NCBI GenBank assembly: GCA_027064425.1
Contig: JAMOPO010000057.1
Span: 64,001 to 128,000 of the forward strand
DNA from: Methanobacteriota archaeon
GTDB taxonomy: Archaea; JAADCQ01; Methanopyri; Methanopyrales; Methanopyraceae
Reading direction: 5' to 3'
DNA length: 64,000 bases
Part shown: piece after piece, positions 1 through 9,129 of the stretch
How positions within the stretch are numbered: position 1 is the stretch's first letter
Layout: the number at the start of each line of letters is the position of its first letter
The notes under the pieces: model-generated
Told to the model about the DNA's origin: nothing
Seen by the model: the letters and a program-made list of their open reading frames with translations, nothing else
Databases searched by the model: none
Made by a program: the position numbers and the translations under genes

Positions 1-1756
1 CGGACTCGTCGGGCACGATCACCGCCTCCGGGTCGAGGTCCTGGAGCTCCTCCACGTTGGACTCGCTCATCCCGCTGGGATCCTCCACGTAGAGCGCGAA
101 CACCGGCGGGGTCCGCAGGTCCGAGAGCACCTCGTGCGAGGCCTTCTCCACCTCCACCACCGGGACGCCCTTGCCCGAGCGGAGGATGGCGTTGAGCCGC
201 TCCGCCTTCCTCAGCCGGCGCTCGAGCTCCTGCCGCCGCGACTTCTCCCGGTTAAGCTCCCGCCGCAGGCGCTGGATCTCCCGCTCCTTCGCCTTCAGCC
301 TCCTCTTCACGCGCTCCTCCACGAGCTCCTCGATCCGGTCCTGCAGCGACTCGAGCTTCTCCTTCAGCTCCCTGTTCTCCTGCTTGAGCTTGTCAACGAG
401 CCGCTCCAGGTACTCCAGCTCGCGCTCGTACTCCCGGAGCTTGTTCTCCCGGGACTCCAGCTCGCGCTCCAGCGCCCGAATGCGGCGCCGGTAGCGGTCG
501 ATTCGCGCCCGGTCCTTCCGGCGCTGGCGCTCGATCGTGCGCTCCTTGCTCACGATCTTAAGGGCGTCCGAGACGGGGAGTCCCTTGATCACGTAGCTGG
601 CGGCCTTCAGCACGTCCCGACGCTTGGCGTCCTCCGGCGCCCGCCGCTCCACCTTCTTGATCGTGGGCTTGACCAGCGTGTGGTACGCCTTGATCGCGGC
701 CGCGAGCGCGTCCCGCTGGTGGGTGTCCCGGGGCCGCACCCGCTCGCCGCGCTTGGCCAGGTGGCCCTTCACCAGCTCCCGCTTCTCATCGACCGAGAGG
801 CTCCGCTTGGGCCGGTACAGCTTGGCACCCAGGGTCCGGGCCAGCCGCTCGACGGCGGTCGGAACCGGCGAGACGTCCGTGGCCACGACCGCCGGCCGGC
901 CCAGGGACTCCACCCGCTCCACGATCTCGCTGATGGACACGTTCCGCGAGCTCTCCAGGTGGATGACCGCGCCGTCGGCGTTGAGCACGGCGACCGCGGT
1001 CGTGGCGCCCGGATCCACACCCACGGTGAGGAGCTCCCGCCGGTGCGACTCCCCGCGGAAGGTGATCTTGTCCTTCAGGACCGGCTCGACCTGGACCTTG
1101 ACCTCCGAGGTGTCGACGCTGTCCACGATGGGCTTGACCCGGTCGTAGCGCTCGTAGACCACGAACTCGGCCGAGGCGTATCCACCCTCCGCCTTCCTGA
1201 CGTGCAGATCGTAGTCGATGCCCTCCCGCTCCAGCGCCGCCTGAAGCTCCTTAACCGCGCGCTTGACCGCCGCGTGCAGGTTCCGAGCGTACCGGGACTG
1301 GCTGAACCCGCCCTGCCCCGGCCTGCGCGCCCGACCGATCCGGATCCGAGTCTCGTCCTCCAGGACGAAGACCTCGCTGCCCACGCCCATCCGGGCCAGA
1401 CGGGCGCAGGCCTCGGCCTCCTCCTCGGGATCCTTCGGGTCCGGCACGGGGATCCCGTGCTCCCGGGCCAGGCGCTGGAGGGATCGCTGCTCTCCGGGCT
1501 CCCCGGTCACCTGGACGACGCGCAGGGTCGGGTGCGCCTTGATCACCTCCATGAGCTCGGAGGTGCTGTCCAGGAGCTCGTACACGTTGTCCACGGCCAG
1601 AACGTCCGGCTCGGTGGCGAGAAGCAGGTCGAGCAGGTCGTCCCGGGACAGGCGCTTCCTGAGCACGACCTCGTCGTCCTCGAGGACGACGACCGCGTAC
1701 TCCGGAGGATCCTCCCGGACGACATCCACTCCGACCACGATCACGATCCCGCGCAC
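1..1756 (-). CDS. DUF460/COG2433 protein (RNase H-like nuclease domain + coiled coil); runs off left edge
   Basis: Not in ORF track. Hand translation from GTG 1756: MRGIVIVVGVDVV...VLAVDNVYEL...VVQVTG...GQGGFSQSRYAR...VGVDPGATTAVAVL...VVATDVSPVP...THQRDALAAAIKAY, then heptad repeats. Confidence 0.8.
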   Translation of the reverse strand, partial: MRGIVIVVGVDVVREDPPEYAVVVLEDDEVVLRKRLSRDDLLDLLLATEPDVLAVDNVYELLDSTSELMEVIKAHPTLRVVQVTGEPGEQRSLQRLAREHGIPVPDPKDPEEEAEACARLARMGVGSEVFVLEDETRIRIGRARRPGQGGFSQSRYARNLHAAVKRAVKELQAALEREGIDYDLHVRKAEGGYASAEFVVYERYDRVKPIVDSVDTSEVKVQVEPVLKDKITFRGESHRRELLTVGVDPGATTAVAVLNADGAVIHLESSRNVSISEIVERVESLGRPAVVATDVSPVPTAVERLARTLGAKLYRPKRSLSVDEKRELVKGHLAKRGERVRPRDTHQRDALAAAIKAYHTLVKPTIKKVERRAPEDAKRRDVLKAASYVIKGLPVSDALKIVSKERTIERQRRKDRARIDRYRRRIRALERELESRENKLREYERELEYLERLVDKLKQENRELKEKLESLQDRIEELVEERVKRRLKAKEREIQRLRRELNREKSRRQELERRLRKAERLNAILRSGKGVPVVEVEKASHEVLSDLRTPPVFALYVEDPSGMSESNVEELQDLDPEAVIVPDES

Positions 1757-1789
1757 CCGCGCGGGGGGTTGTCACGAGCCGGCGAGCGT

Positions 1790-2326
1790 TCACTTAAGAA
1801 TAAGCTGTCGGGCGACCGCGTTCGCCATGTGATCGCCCGAGAGCTCCCGCACCACCTCCAGGCAGGCGTCGACCGCGAACGCGGGACCCCGGGTCGTGAT
1901 CACCCGGCCGTCCCGCACCATGCCGCGCTCCACCGGCTCCGCGCCTCGAGCCCTCAGCTCCGCCTCCAGGCCCGGGTAAGTCGTGGCCCGCCTGCCGTCG
2001 AGCACCCCGGCCTCGGCCAGGACCAGCGCGCCGGAGGAGAGACCCACGACCAGGCCGCGCTCGCTCACCGACCGCACGAGCTCCAGGCACCTTCGGTAGC
2101 CCGTGAGCGTGGTGGGGGAGGAGCCCCCGGGGATCACGACGGCCTCGTAACCCCCACCCTCCGCGTCCCAGATGGTGGCGTCAACGCTGAGCCGCAGCCC
2201 GTTCACGCCCTCCACCTCCTCCTCGACCCCGACCAGCTCCCAGTTCAGCCCGCCCCGCGAGAGCACGCTGATCGCCGCACCCAGCTCCAGCTCCTCGAAC
2301 CCCTCATCGATGAGGATCGCGATCAA
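1790..2326 (-). CDS. DJ-1/PfpI (ThiJ) family protein
   Basis: IAILIDEGFEELE, VVIPGG, LDGRRATTYPG, VRDGRVITTRGP; start moved to TTG 2326 after GAGGGG RBS. Confidence 0.85.
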   Translation of the reverse strand: MIAILIDEGFEELELGAAISVLSRGGLNWELVGVEEEVEGVNGLRLSVDATIWDAEGGGYEAVVIPGGSSPTTLTGYRRCLELVRSVSERGLVVGLSSGALVLAEAGVLDGRRATTYPGLEAELRARGAEPVERGMVRDGRVITTRGPAFAVDACLEVVRELSGDHMANAVARQLILK

Positions 2327-2686
2327 GGGGAACGCCCCTCGCCGGTGGTGTCCCCGGGCCCGAAGAAACCATCCAAGCTCGTCGCCGCGCTGCACGCGCG
2401 CCGGCTGGAGGGGCGGAGCGCTGGTCCTGAGCACGCAGGCCGCCGATGGACGAGGTGCGGACGCACGGGGAATACCTCGAGGACCCGGTCTCGGAGGGGA
2501 CCCGCCGGACGCTCGCCGCCAACGGCGCCGGGCCGCGGTTCGCGGTCACGTAGCGGGCTCTCGGGCCTTGATCGAGCGCTCGCCGCGCCCGGGAGGGTGC
2601 GGTGAGTCGGGGAATCGCGCCCACGGGTGGAGGATAGAGCCGCCGCTGCCGGGGATCTGGGCGGGGTCTTGCCTGAAGGAGCGTGA

Positions 2687-2879
2687 TCGTGACGACCCGC
2701 TGACCCGGACCCCCTCGGTGGGCGCGCCCGGTTCGTCGAGTCCGAGCTCGACTGGGCCGTCCTGGCGCGCCCGGAGGGAGTGATCCCGGGGTTCCGGGGT
2801 CATCGTCGGGTGGGGTGACAGGTACGGTAACGGGTGGCTCGTTCCGGCCTTGGCGAGGCCGTGCCGCGGGTCGTCGTGA
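2687..2879 (+). other. Nested inverted-repeat region, candidate structured RNA
   Basis: 2691-2700 pairs 2866-2875 (10 bp perfect); 2701-2709 pairs 2793-2802; 2720-2728 pairs 2764-2772 (9 bp perfect); hairpin 2735-2752. Confidence 0.3.
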
Positions 2880-2914
2880 GGTTAAGGGTGAGAAGGAGGA
2901 GCTGGGGTGGCTCC

Positions 2915-2923
2915 TGAAAAACG
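2915..2923 (-). terminator. Oligo-T terminator candidate after rpl2
   Basis: TTTTT on minus strand about 14 nt after the rpl2 stop, in a T-poor genome. Confidence 0.35.
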
Positions 2924-2934
2924 CGAGGGGGGCG

Positions 2935-3666
2935 TTAGCGGCGGCCGCCTCGGCCCGTCTTCCGGGCCGCGATGTGTCCGACCTTCTGCCCGGGTGGCGC
3001 CCCGCGGGCGACGGTCGTCGGCTTGCCGGGGCTCTGGTGGTTGCCACCACCGAACGGGTGGTCGACGGCGTTCATCGCCACGCCGCGCACCTTGGGCCAC
3101 TTGCCGCCCTTCGAGCGCATGTGGTGGTACTTCTTACCGGCCTTGACGAACGGCTTCTCGCGCTTGCCGCCGCCCGCCATCACGCCGATGGTCGCGCGGC
3201 ACCGCGGGTCGAAGGCGCGGATCTTGCCGGAAGGCAGCTGGACGTAGGTCTTGCCCACGTCGTGCGCGACGATGGTGGCGTAGCAGCCCGGGGCCCGGGC
3301 GAACTTGCCGCCGTCTCCCGGCCGTCCCTCGATGTTGAAGATCGGGACTCCCTCGGGGATCTCCGCCAGCGGCAGGGTGTTACCCGGCTTGATCTCGGCG
3401 GAGACGCCGCACTCGATGGTGTCGCCCACCTTGGTGCCCTCGGGCACCAGGACCAGCCGCTCCTCGCCGTCCTCGAAGCGCACGCGGGCCACCGGTGCGT
3501 TCCGGGCGGGGTCGTGGATGAGCTCGATGACCTTGCCGACTACCTTCCCCTTCTTCTCCTTCTCGTCGTAGGGTCGGTGCCCGGCGCGGCCACGGTACCG
3601 GTGCGAGGGTGCGCGGTACGTGGGCGAGCCGCGACCGAGGCGCTGCGGCCGGATGCGCTTGCCCAT
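2935..3666 (-). CDS. rpl2: 50S ribosomal protein L2 (uL2)
   Basis: MGKRIRPQRLGRG, HDPARNAP, VRGVAMNAVDHPFGGG. Confidence 0.98.
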   Translation of the reverse strand: MGKRIRPQRLGRGSPTYRAPSHRYRGRAGHRPYDEKEKKGKVVGKVIELIHDPARNAPVARVRFEDGEERLVLVPEGTKVGDTIECGVSAEIKPGNTLPLAEIPEGVPIFNIEGRPGDGGKFARAPGCYATIVAHDVGKTYVQLPSGKIRAFDPRCRATIGVMAGGGKREKPFVKAGKKYHHMRSKGGKWPKVRGVAMNAVDHPFGGGNHQSPGKPTTVARGAPPGQKVGHIAARKTGRGGRR

Positions 3667-3681
3667 GGGGATGCACCCCGC

Positions 3682-3969
3682 CTACAGGATGCCCAGCTCC
3701 ACGGCGATGTCCTCGGCCCGGTACTCGGGCTTTAGCTTGACGTAGGCCTTTTTCTCGCCCTTGGGCGTGATGAGCGTGTTCACTTTCTCGACCTCGACGT
3801 CGAAGAGCTCCTCGACGGCCTTCTTGATCATCGGCTTGGTCGCGTCGCGCCGGACGATGAACGTGAGCTTGTTCTCCGCCTCCAGCAGGCGCATGGCCTT
3901 CTCCGTCGCCAGCGGGTACAGGAGCACGTCGTGCGGGTCCTCAATGCGCGGACCGCGTCGCTTCGCCAT
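3682..3969 (-). CDS. rpl23: 50S ribosomal protein L23 (uL23)
   Basis: [35 protein letters not shown]; operon position. Confidence 0.97.
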   Translation of the reverse strand: MAKRRGPRIEDPHDVLLYPLATEKAMRLLEAENKLTFIVRRDATKPMIKKAVEELFDVEVEKVNTLITPKGEKKAYVKLKPEYRAEDIAVELGIL

Positions 3970-3982
3970 GGGGTTCGGCCCC

Positions 3983-4765
3983 CTACTCGCCCAGTCGCTC
4001 CTCCAGGACCTCGATCGCGGAGGGCGTGTACACGGTCAGCCGGCCCGGGTGAGCGCCGGGGGCGAGGTGCTCGACGTTGAGCTCCATCGCCTTGACCACG
4101 TCGACGCCCGGGTGGTTCCGGGCCCCGAGCTCGATGCCCTCGAACTCGTCCACCACGATCAGGACGCTCTTCGGCTTGACGTAGCGCCGGCCGCGCCGCT
4201 TGCCCTTACCCGCGCGGATGCGGCGCTTCTTCTTGGCCCGCTCCACGTCGTCCCACAGGCCCAGGTTCTTGAAGAACTCTCGCACCTCCCGGGCCTTCCG
4301 CAGCTCTCGCAGCTCGTCCACGACGACCAGGGGCAGCTCCGGAACCTCGTCGATGATGTGGCCTCGGTCCTCCACGAACTCCGGCTTGGCGGTGGCCGCC
4401 AGGGCGGAGCGGAGAGCGGCGCGCTTCTCCTTCCGGTTCACCTTCTGGCTCCAGTCCTTCTCCGGCTTCGGTGGGTGGGCCTTGCGCCCGCCGACGGCCT
4501 GGGCGACGCGGGCGGCGCGGCCGGCGGCCGGGTGCCGCTCGCCCTTGATCCGTGGCACCATCGCGACTCCGTAGCCCGCACCCCACGACTCGGCGCTCGT
4601 GCGCATACCCGCCCGCGGGTCCGTACCGTAGGGCTGCCGCCGGTTCGCCTGGAACGCCAGGACCACGCGCCGGATGAGGTCCTTCCGCACGGGCTCCTCG
4701 AAGAACTCCGGCAGCTCGATCTCGTCCACCTGCTCGCCCTCCAGGTCGAACACTGGGACCTTCAC
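3983..4765 (-). CDS. rpl4: 50S ribosomal protein L4 (uL4)
   Basis: [45 protein letters not shown]. Confidence 0.97.
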   Translation of the reverse strand: MKVPVFDLEGEQVDEIELPEFFEEPVRKDLIRRVVLAFQANRRQPYGTDPRAGMRTSAESWGAGYGVAMVPRIKGERHPAAGRAARVAQAVGGRKAHPPKPEKDWSQKVNRKEKRAALRSALAATAKPEFVEDRGHIIDEVPELPLVVVDELRELRKAREVREFFKNLGLWDDVERAKKKRRIRAGKGKRRGRRYVKPKSVLIVVDEFEGIELGARNHPGVDVVKAMELNVEHLAPGAHPGRLTVYTPSAIEVLEERLGE

Positions 4766-4777
4766 GACGCGACCCCC

Positions 4778-5863
4778 CTACGCGCTGGCGGTGCCGCCCA
4801 GCTGCTCGAGGATGTCCTCCTCGGAGGCCTTCGGCCGCACGCCCTGCTGCGACGTCCGGCTGATGTACAGGATCTCGGGCGCACCCTTCGGCGCGTTCTT
4901 CGGCGGCCGGACCGCGGGCCGCAGCCGGATCAGGCGCTTCTTCGGCCCGGGCACGGTACCGTGGATCAGGATGTAGTCCCCGCGCACGACGCCGTAGTTC
5001 ACGAAGCCGCCCTTCGGCGTGACCTCCTCACCGTTCTCACCGATCTTGAGGATCCGCTTGTTGTGCTCGGTCCGCTGGTGGTACCCCACCTGACCGGCCA
5101 TCGGGACCGTCCAGCGCACGCGCGAGGGCGTGATCGGACCGATCGAACCCACGTGCCGACCCTTCTGCTTCCGCTGGGCCTTCCGGTCCTGGATCGTGAC
5201 GCCCCAGCGCTTGACCACGCCCTGGAAGCCCTTGCCCTTCGTGATGCCGGAGACGTCGACCATCTCACCCTCCTCGAACACGTCACTGGCCCGGATCTCC
5301 TGGCCCAGGATCTCGGCCGCGTACTCGAACCGCTCCCGCACGTCCTTGCCGCCGATCCGGTACTCCATCACGTCCGGCTTCTTCTTCGGCACGCCGGCCT
5401 TCTTGGGCTGGGTCGCCACGATCACCCGGACCTCGTCCACGACGCCCTCGTCCACCAGCTCCTCGATCTTGTCCAGGTCGCCCGCCTCACCCTCCTTGGG
5501 CACCGTGAAGACGCGATCCATCTCCAGCTCCTCCGGGATCTCCGCCCACGCCTCCGTCAGGCACTTGTACCCGTCCGGCGTCGCCGCGTACACCCGGACG
5601 GCCGCCACGTACATGGGCGGCGCGTCGAGCACGGTGACCGGGACCGCGATCTCCTCGCCCTCCGTCGGGCTGTTCGGCCAGTCGTCGATCATGATCACGT
5701 GCGTCATTCCGGCCTTGTAGCCCGCGAACCCCTGCACTCGCACCTTGTCCTCGTCCGGCCAGCTCCTTATCCTCGGGACGGGCCTCGACGCGCGCTTACG
5801 CGGGCTGAACGCCAGCGAGCCGCGCCTTGGACGACCCGGGTTCCTGCGCCCACCGCGACCCAA
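4778..5863 (-). CDS. rpl3: 50S ribosomal protein L3 (uL3)
   Basis: RPRRGSLAFSPRKRA, GFAGYKAGMTH, ITKGKGFQGVVKRWG; TTG start 5863 after GGGGGTG RBS (track ORF over-extended). Confidence 0.97.
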   Translation of the reverse strand: MGRGGRRNPGRPRRGSLAFSPRKRASRPVPRIRSWPDEDKVRVQGFAGYKAGMTHVIMIDDWPNSPTEGEEIAVPVTVLDAPPMYVAAVRVYAATPDGYKCLTEAWAEIPEELEMDRVFTVPKEGEAGDLDKIEELVDEGVVDEVRVIVATQPKKAGVPKKKPDVMEYRIGGKDVRERFEYAAEILGQEIRASDVFEEGEMVDVSGITKGKGFQGVVKRWGVTIQDRKAQRKQKGRHVGSIGPITPSRVRWTVPMAGQVGYHQRTEHNKRILKIGENGEEVTPKGGFVNYGVVRGDYILIHGTVPGPKKRLIRLRPAVRPPKNAPKGAPEILYISRTSQQGVRPKASEEDILEQLGGTASA

Positions 5864-5906
5864 CGCGCGCACCCCCAGTCTTGGGCACGGCCCGCCCGGA
5901 CGGGGG

Positions 5907-5912
5907 TATAAA
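5907..5912. promoter_or_regulatory. TATA box between divergent rpl3 and gins operons
   Basis: TATAAA (+) / TTTATA (-), the only AT-rich patch in the 75-nt gap. Confidence 0.55.
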
Positions 5913-5938
5913 GATTGACCGTACCGGAGGGCGAAGGG

Positions 5939-6745
5939 GTGCACCGCGAGCTCTTCGAGCGGAAGAGCCCGGAGGCGATCCTCGAGGACCTGCTGGACTT
6001 CGCCGAGCGCGTCCAGACCGCCTACAAGCGGGTGAACCCGCCCAAGCTCGGGGAGCGGCTGCGCGGGGTCAGCCTGCAGGACCTCATCCGGGAGTTCTTC
6101 GAGCAGCTGAGCCCGGACGTGCTCCGAGACGCCCTTGGGGTCGAGGACGGCGAGGTAAGGAGTTATCGGGACCTCGACGCGATCCTGCGCGCGCTCGAGG
6201 ACGAGCTGGAGGAGCGTCGGGAGGACCTGAGGAGGGTCCGGCACGCGCTGGGCAAGTACCTGTTCTCCCGCACCTACGTCCTGGGGTGGCTGGCCGTCCG
6301 GGTCACGGGGAAGGAGCGGAGGAGCGACTGGCTGATGGGGCTGGTCAGCCGGCTGGTGGAGACGGAGCTGCTGGCGGAGGAGGCCGCGCTCATCGCCTCC
6401 GTCGTCGACGCCGAGGACGTCCGGGAGTGGGCGGAGGAGTACCTCGGGGAGTTGGAGCTCGGCGCGATGTTGGAGGGGGCGGAGCCCGAGGAGGAGGCTG
6501 AGGCGCCGGAGGAGTCCGGGGAGGAGGAGCTAACCTTCGGCGAGGACCGGCTGGAGCCGGAGCCCAAGCTGGAGGTGTGCGTGGTGAGGGGGCGGCTGCC
6601 GCGGTTCGTGGACCCGGACACTGGGGCTGTGGTCCCGGACGCTCGGGCGGGAGATTTATTGGTGGTAGGGGGGACCGCGGCCAGGATACTCTCGGAGCGC
6701 GGAAGGCGGTGGGGTGGACCGTTCGCCAGGATGGTGCGCAGGTAG
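5939..6745 (+). CDS. DNA replication GINS family protein (Gins51-like)
   Basis: Helical N-domain, acidic linker, B-domain [14 protein letters not shown]...AGDLLVV...ARILSERG; conserved archaeal order gins-rpl44e-rps27e-aIF2a-nop10; GTG start after GGAGG. Confidence 0.75.
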   Translation: MHRELFERKSPEAILEDLLDFAERVQTAYKRVNPPKLGERLRGVSLQDLIREFFEQLSPDVLRDALGVEDGEVRSYRDLDAILRALEDELEERREDLRRVRHALGKYLFSRTYVLGWLAVRVTGKERRSDWLMGLVSRLVETELLAEEAALIASVVDAEDVREWAEEYLGELELGAMLEGAEPEEEAEAPEESGEEELTFGEDRLEPEPKLEVCVVRGRLPRFVDPDTGAVVPDARAGDLLVVGGTAARILSERGRRWGGPFARMVRR

Positions 6746-6758
6746 GGGGTTTGGCGGC

Positions 6759-7040
6759 ATGGTCAAGCTGCCGAGGAAGATCCGGACGTACTGCCCGTAC
6801 TGTCGGAAGCACACGGTTCACGAGATCGAGAAGGCGGAGAAGAACCCGCCGCGGAAGATGTCCTGGGGTCAGCGGCAGTTCGAGCGGGTGCTGAAGGGTT
6901 ACGGTGGCTTCCCGCGCCCGAAGCCGTCCGGGGAGAAACCCACTAAGAAGGTCGACCTACGGTACCGATGCACGGAGTGCGGTAAGGCTCACACGCGGAA
7001 GGGCTGGCGGGCCGGCACGCTGGAGTTCGAGGAGGAGTAA
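6759..7040 (+). CDS. rpl44e: 50S ribosomal protein L44e (eL42)
   Basis: [30 protein letters not shown]. Confidence 0.96.
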   Translation: MVKLPRKIRTYCPYCRKHTVHEIEKAEKNPPRKMSWGQRQFERVLKGYGGFPRPKPSGEKPTKKVDLRYRCTECGKAHTRKGWRAGTLEFEEE

Positions 7041-7057
7041 GCCGGGGGTGAGGCTCC

Positions 7058-7291
7058 TTGGCCGAGGAGCGTGAGGAGGAGCGCCTGCTGAGGCGGTTTA
7101 CGGAGTCGGATCTGGTTCCGCAGCCGCGGAGCCGGTTCCTGAGGGTGGAGTGCGTGGACTGTGGGAACGAGCAGGTGATCTTCGGAAACGCGAGCACGGT
7201 CGTTCGCTGCCACATCTGCGGCCGGGTGCTGGCGAAGCCGACGGGCGGTAAGGCGAAGGTGCTGACGAAGATTAAGGAGGTCCTCGAGTAA
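7058..7291 (+). CDS. rps27e: 30S ribosomal protein S27e
   Basis: [20 protein letters not shown]...CHICG...PTGGKA. Confidence 0.96.
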   Translation: MAEEREEERLLRRFTESDLVPQPRSRFLRVECVDCGNEQVIFGNASTVVRCHICGRVLAKPTGGKAKVLTKIKEVLE

Positions 7292-8094
7292 TGCCTCGCA
7301 AGCTCTCGGAGCTGCCCGAGGAAGGCGAGGTTGTGATGGCCACGGTGGAGCGGGTGGAGGATCACGGCGCCTTTGTCACGCTGGACGAGTACCCGGAGGT
7401 CGAGGGCTACATCCACATCTCGGAGGTGGCGAGCGGCTGGGTCAAGAACATCCGGGACCACGTGAAGGAGGGACAGAAGGTCGTCGCCAAGGTGATCAAG
7501 GTTAACCCGAAGAAAAAGTACGTGAACCTGTCCCTGCGGCGGGTCACGGACCACCAGCGGAAGGAGAAGCTCAAGGAGTGGAAGCGGGAGCAGCGGGCGG
7601 AGAAGCTGCTGGAGATGGCGGCGGAGGAGCTCGGTAAGGACCTGGACGAGGCGTACGAGGAGGCCGGGTACAAGCTGATCGAGGAGTACGGCTCGCTGTA
7701 CGACGCGCTGGAGCGGGCGGCCTCGAACCAGAGCCCGGAGCCGCTGCTGGAGGCGGGCATCCCCAAGGAGTGGGCGGAGAAGCTGGCGGAGCTGGCGATC
7801 GAGAACATTGAGCCGGGTCGCGTGAAGATCGAGGCCTACGTGGACCTGAGCTGCCCGGCGCCGAACGGTGTGGAGATCATTAAGGAGGCGCTGCGGCGCA
7901 TCGAGGAGTACGACGAGGATGACGTGAAGATGGAGGTGCAGTACGTCGGCGCGCCGAGGTACCGGATCCGGGTGGACGCGCCGGACTACAAGACGGCGGA
8001 GAAGGCGGTCCGGAAGGCCGCGGAGGAGGCGATCGAGTACGTGGAGGAGCACGGTGGCGAGGGCGAGTTCCATCGAGAGCTGGAAGAGGGGTGA
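7291..8094 (+). CDS. eif2a: Translation initiation factor aIF-2 alpha subunit
   Basis: S1 domain (GAFVTLDEY, HISEVASGWVKNIRD), GAPRYRI. Confidence 0.96.
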   Translation: MPRKLSELPEEGEVVMATVERVEDHGAFVTLDEYPEVEGYIHISEVASGWVKNIRDHVKEGQKVVAKVIKVNPKKKYVNLSLRRVTDHQRKEKLKEWKREQRAEKLLEMAAEELGKDLDEAYEEAGYKLIEEYGSLYDALERAASNQSPEPLLEAGIPKEWAEKLAELAIENIEPGRVKIEAYVDLSCPAPNGVEIIKEALRRIEEYDEDDVKMEVQYVGAPRYRIRVDAPDYKTAEKAVRKAAEEAIEYVEEHGGEGEFHRELEEG

Positions 8095-8098
8095 ACTC

Positions 8099-8302
8099 GT
8101 GCCTAAGCGCCTCCGCAGGTGCAAAGAGTGCGGGGAGTACACCCTACAGCGGGACAAGTGCCCGCACTGCGGCGGAGAGGTGGAGGTGCCTCATCCCCAC
8201 CGATTCTCGCCGGAGGATCCGTACGGCAAGTACCGGAGGAGATTAAAAAAGAAGATCTGGATCGAGAAGTTCGGGCCTCCCCCGGAGGGGGAGGGGGACT
8301 GA
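8099..8302 (+). CDS. nop10: H/ACA RNP protein Nop10
   Basis: RRCKECGEYTL, CPHCG, HPHRFSPEDPYGKYRR; GTG 8099. Confidence 0.93.
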   Translation: MPKRLRRCKECGEYTLQRDKCPHCGGEVEVPHPHRFSPEDPYGKYRRRLKKKIWIEKFGPPPEGEGD

Positions 8303-8304
8303 CG

Positions 8305-9129
8305 ATGGACCTCCTAAAGCTCGCTCGCGGGAGCACCGTCATTCGGCTCGAGTTCGAACCGGACGTGGAGAAACCCGTGTTCGTGGAGGGCCTGCCCGGC
8401 ATCGGTCACGTCGGCAAGCTCGCCGCCGAGGCCATGATCGAGGACCTCGGGGCGGAGAAGTTCGGCGAGCTCTACTCCCCCTACTTCCCGCCCCAGGTCT
8501 CCGTGAACAAGGACGGGATCGTGGAGGTGATGAAGAACGAGTTCTACGTGTACGAGTCGGACAGCTCGGACGAGCCGGACATCATCTTCCTCGTCGGCAA
8601 GGCGCAGGTGCAGGGCGAGCTCGGCCAGCACGAGGTGGCCATCAAGGTGCTCCAGACCGTTAAGGAGTTCGGAACAGAAACCATCTTCACGCTCGGCGGG
8701 CTGGGCACCGGCACCTTCCCGTCCGAGCCCAAGGTGGTCGGGGCGGCCACGCACAAGGAGATGATCGACCTCCTTAAGGAGCACGGGGTGGAGATCCGCA
8801 CCGGAGACAGCGGAGGGAACATCGTCGGCGCCTCGGGACTCCTTCTCGGCTTCGGCAAGGTCATGGGAATGCGCGGTGCCTGCCTGATGGGCGTGACGCC
8901 CGGTCACCTGATCGACCCGCGCGCGGCCATGGCGGTCGTGGAGAAGCTGTCCGAGATCCTGGGCGTTGAGGTCGAGGCGGAGTCCCTGAGGAAGCGCGCG
9001 GAGAAGTTCGAGCGCGAGGTCTCGCAGCAGCTCGAAGAGATGCCCTCGATGGAGGAGATGCAGCAGCAGGTCCAGCAGCAGGAGGTGGAGGAGGGCAAGC
9101 CGGAGGAGGACCTGCGGTACATCGGGTGA
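8305..9129 (+). CDS. Proteasome assembly chaperone (PAC2) family protein
   Basis: VEGLPGIGHVGKLA, YSPYFPPQV, IVGASGLLLG, C-terminal YIG; follows nop10. Confidence 0.9.
   Translation: MDLLKLARGSTVIRLEFEPDVEKPVFVEGLPGIGHVGKLAAEAMIEDLGAEKFGELYSPYFPPQVSVNKDGIVEVMKNEFYVYESDSSDEPDIIFLVGKAQVQGELGQHEVAIKVLQTVKEFGTETIFTLGGLGTGTFPSEPKVVGAATHKEMIDLLKEHGVEIRTGDSGGNIVGASGLLLGFGKVMGMRGACLMGVTPGHLIDPRAAMAVVEKLSEILGVEVEAESLRKRAEKFEREVSQQLEEMPSMEEMQQQVQQQEVEEGKPEEDLRYIG

Noticed and set aside
2360-2553. Coding-like fragments (KLVAALHARRLEG, LVLSTQAA, MDEVRTHGEYLEDPV)
   Set aside because: Could be a gene remnant, but no family is recognisable and the frames are short.
134-2605. 823-aa + strand ORF and other long antisense ORFs (3761-5911, 27172-29574, 40479-42890)
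   Set aside because: Shadow ORFs opposite real genes; extreme GC3 bias removes antisense stops and the products are L/R/P/H-rich without motifs.
2330-2930. Possible SRP RNA, RNase P RNA or 5S rRNA in the large gap
   Set aside because: No helix-8 GGAA/AGCA SRP motif, P4 signature or 5S consensus found on either strand.
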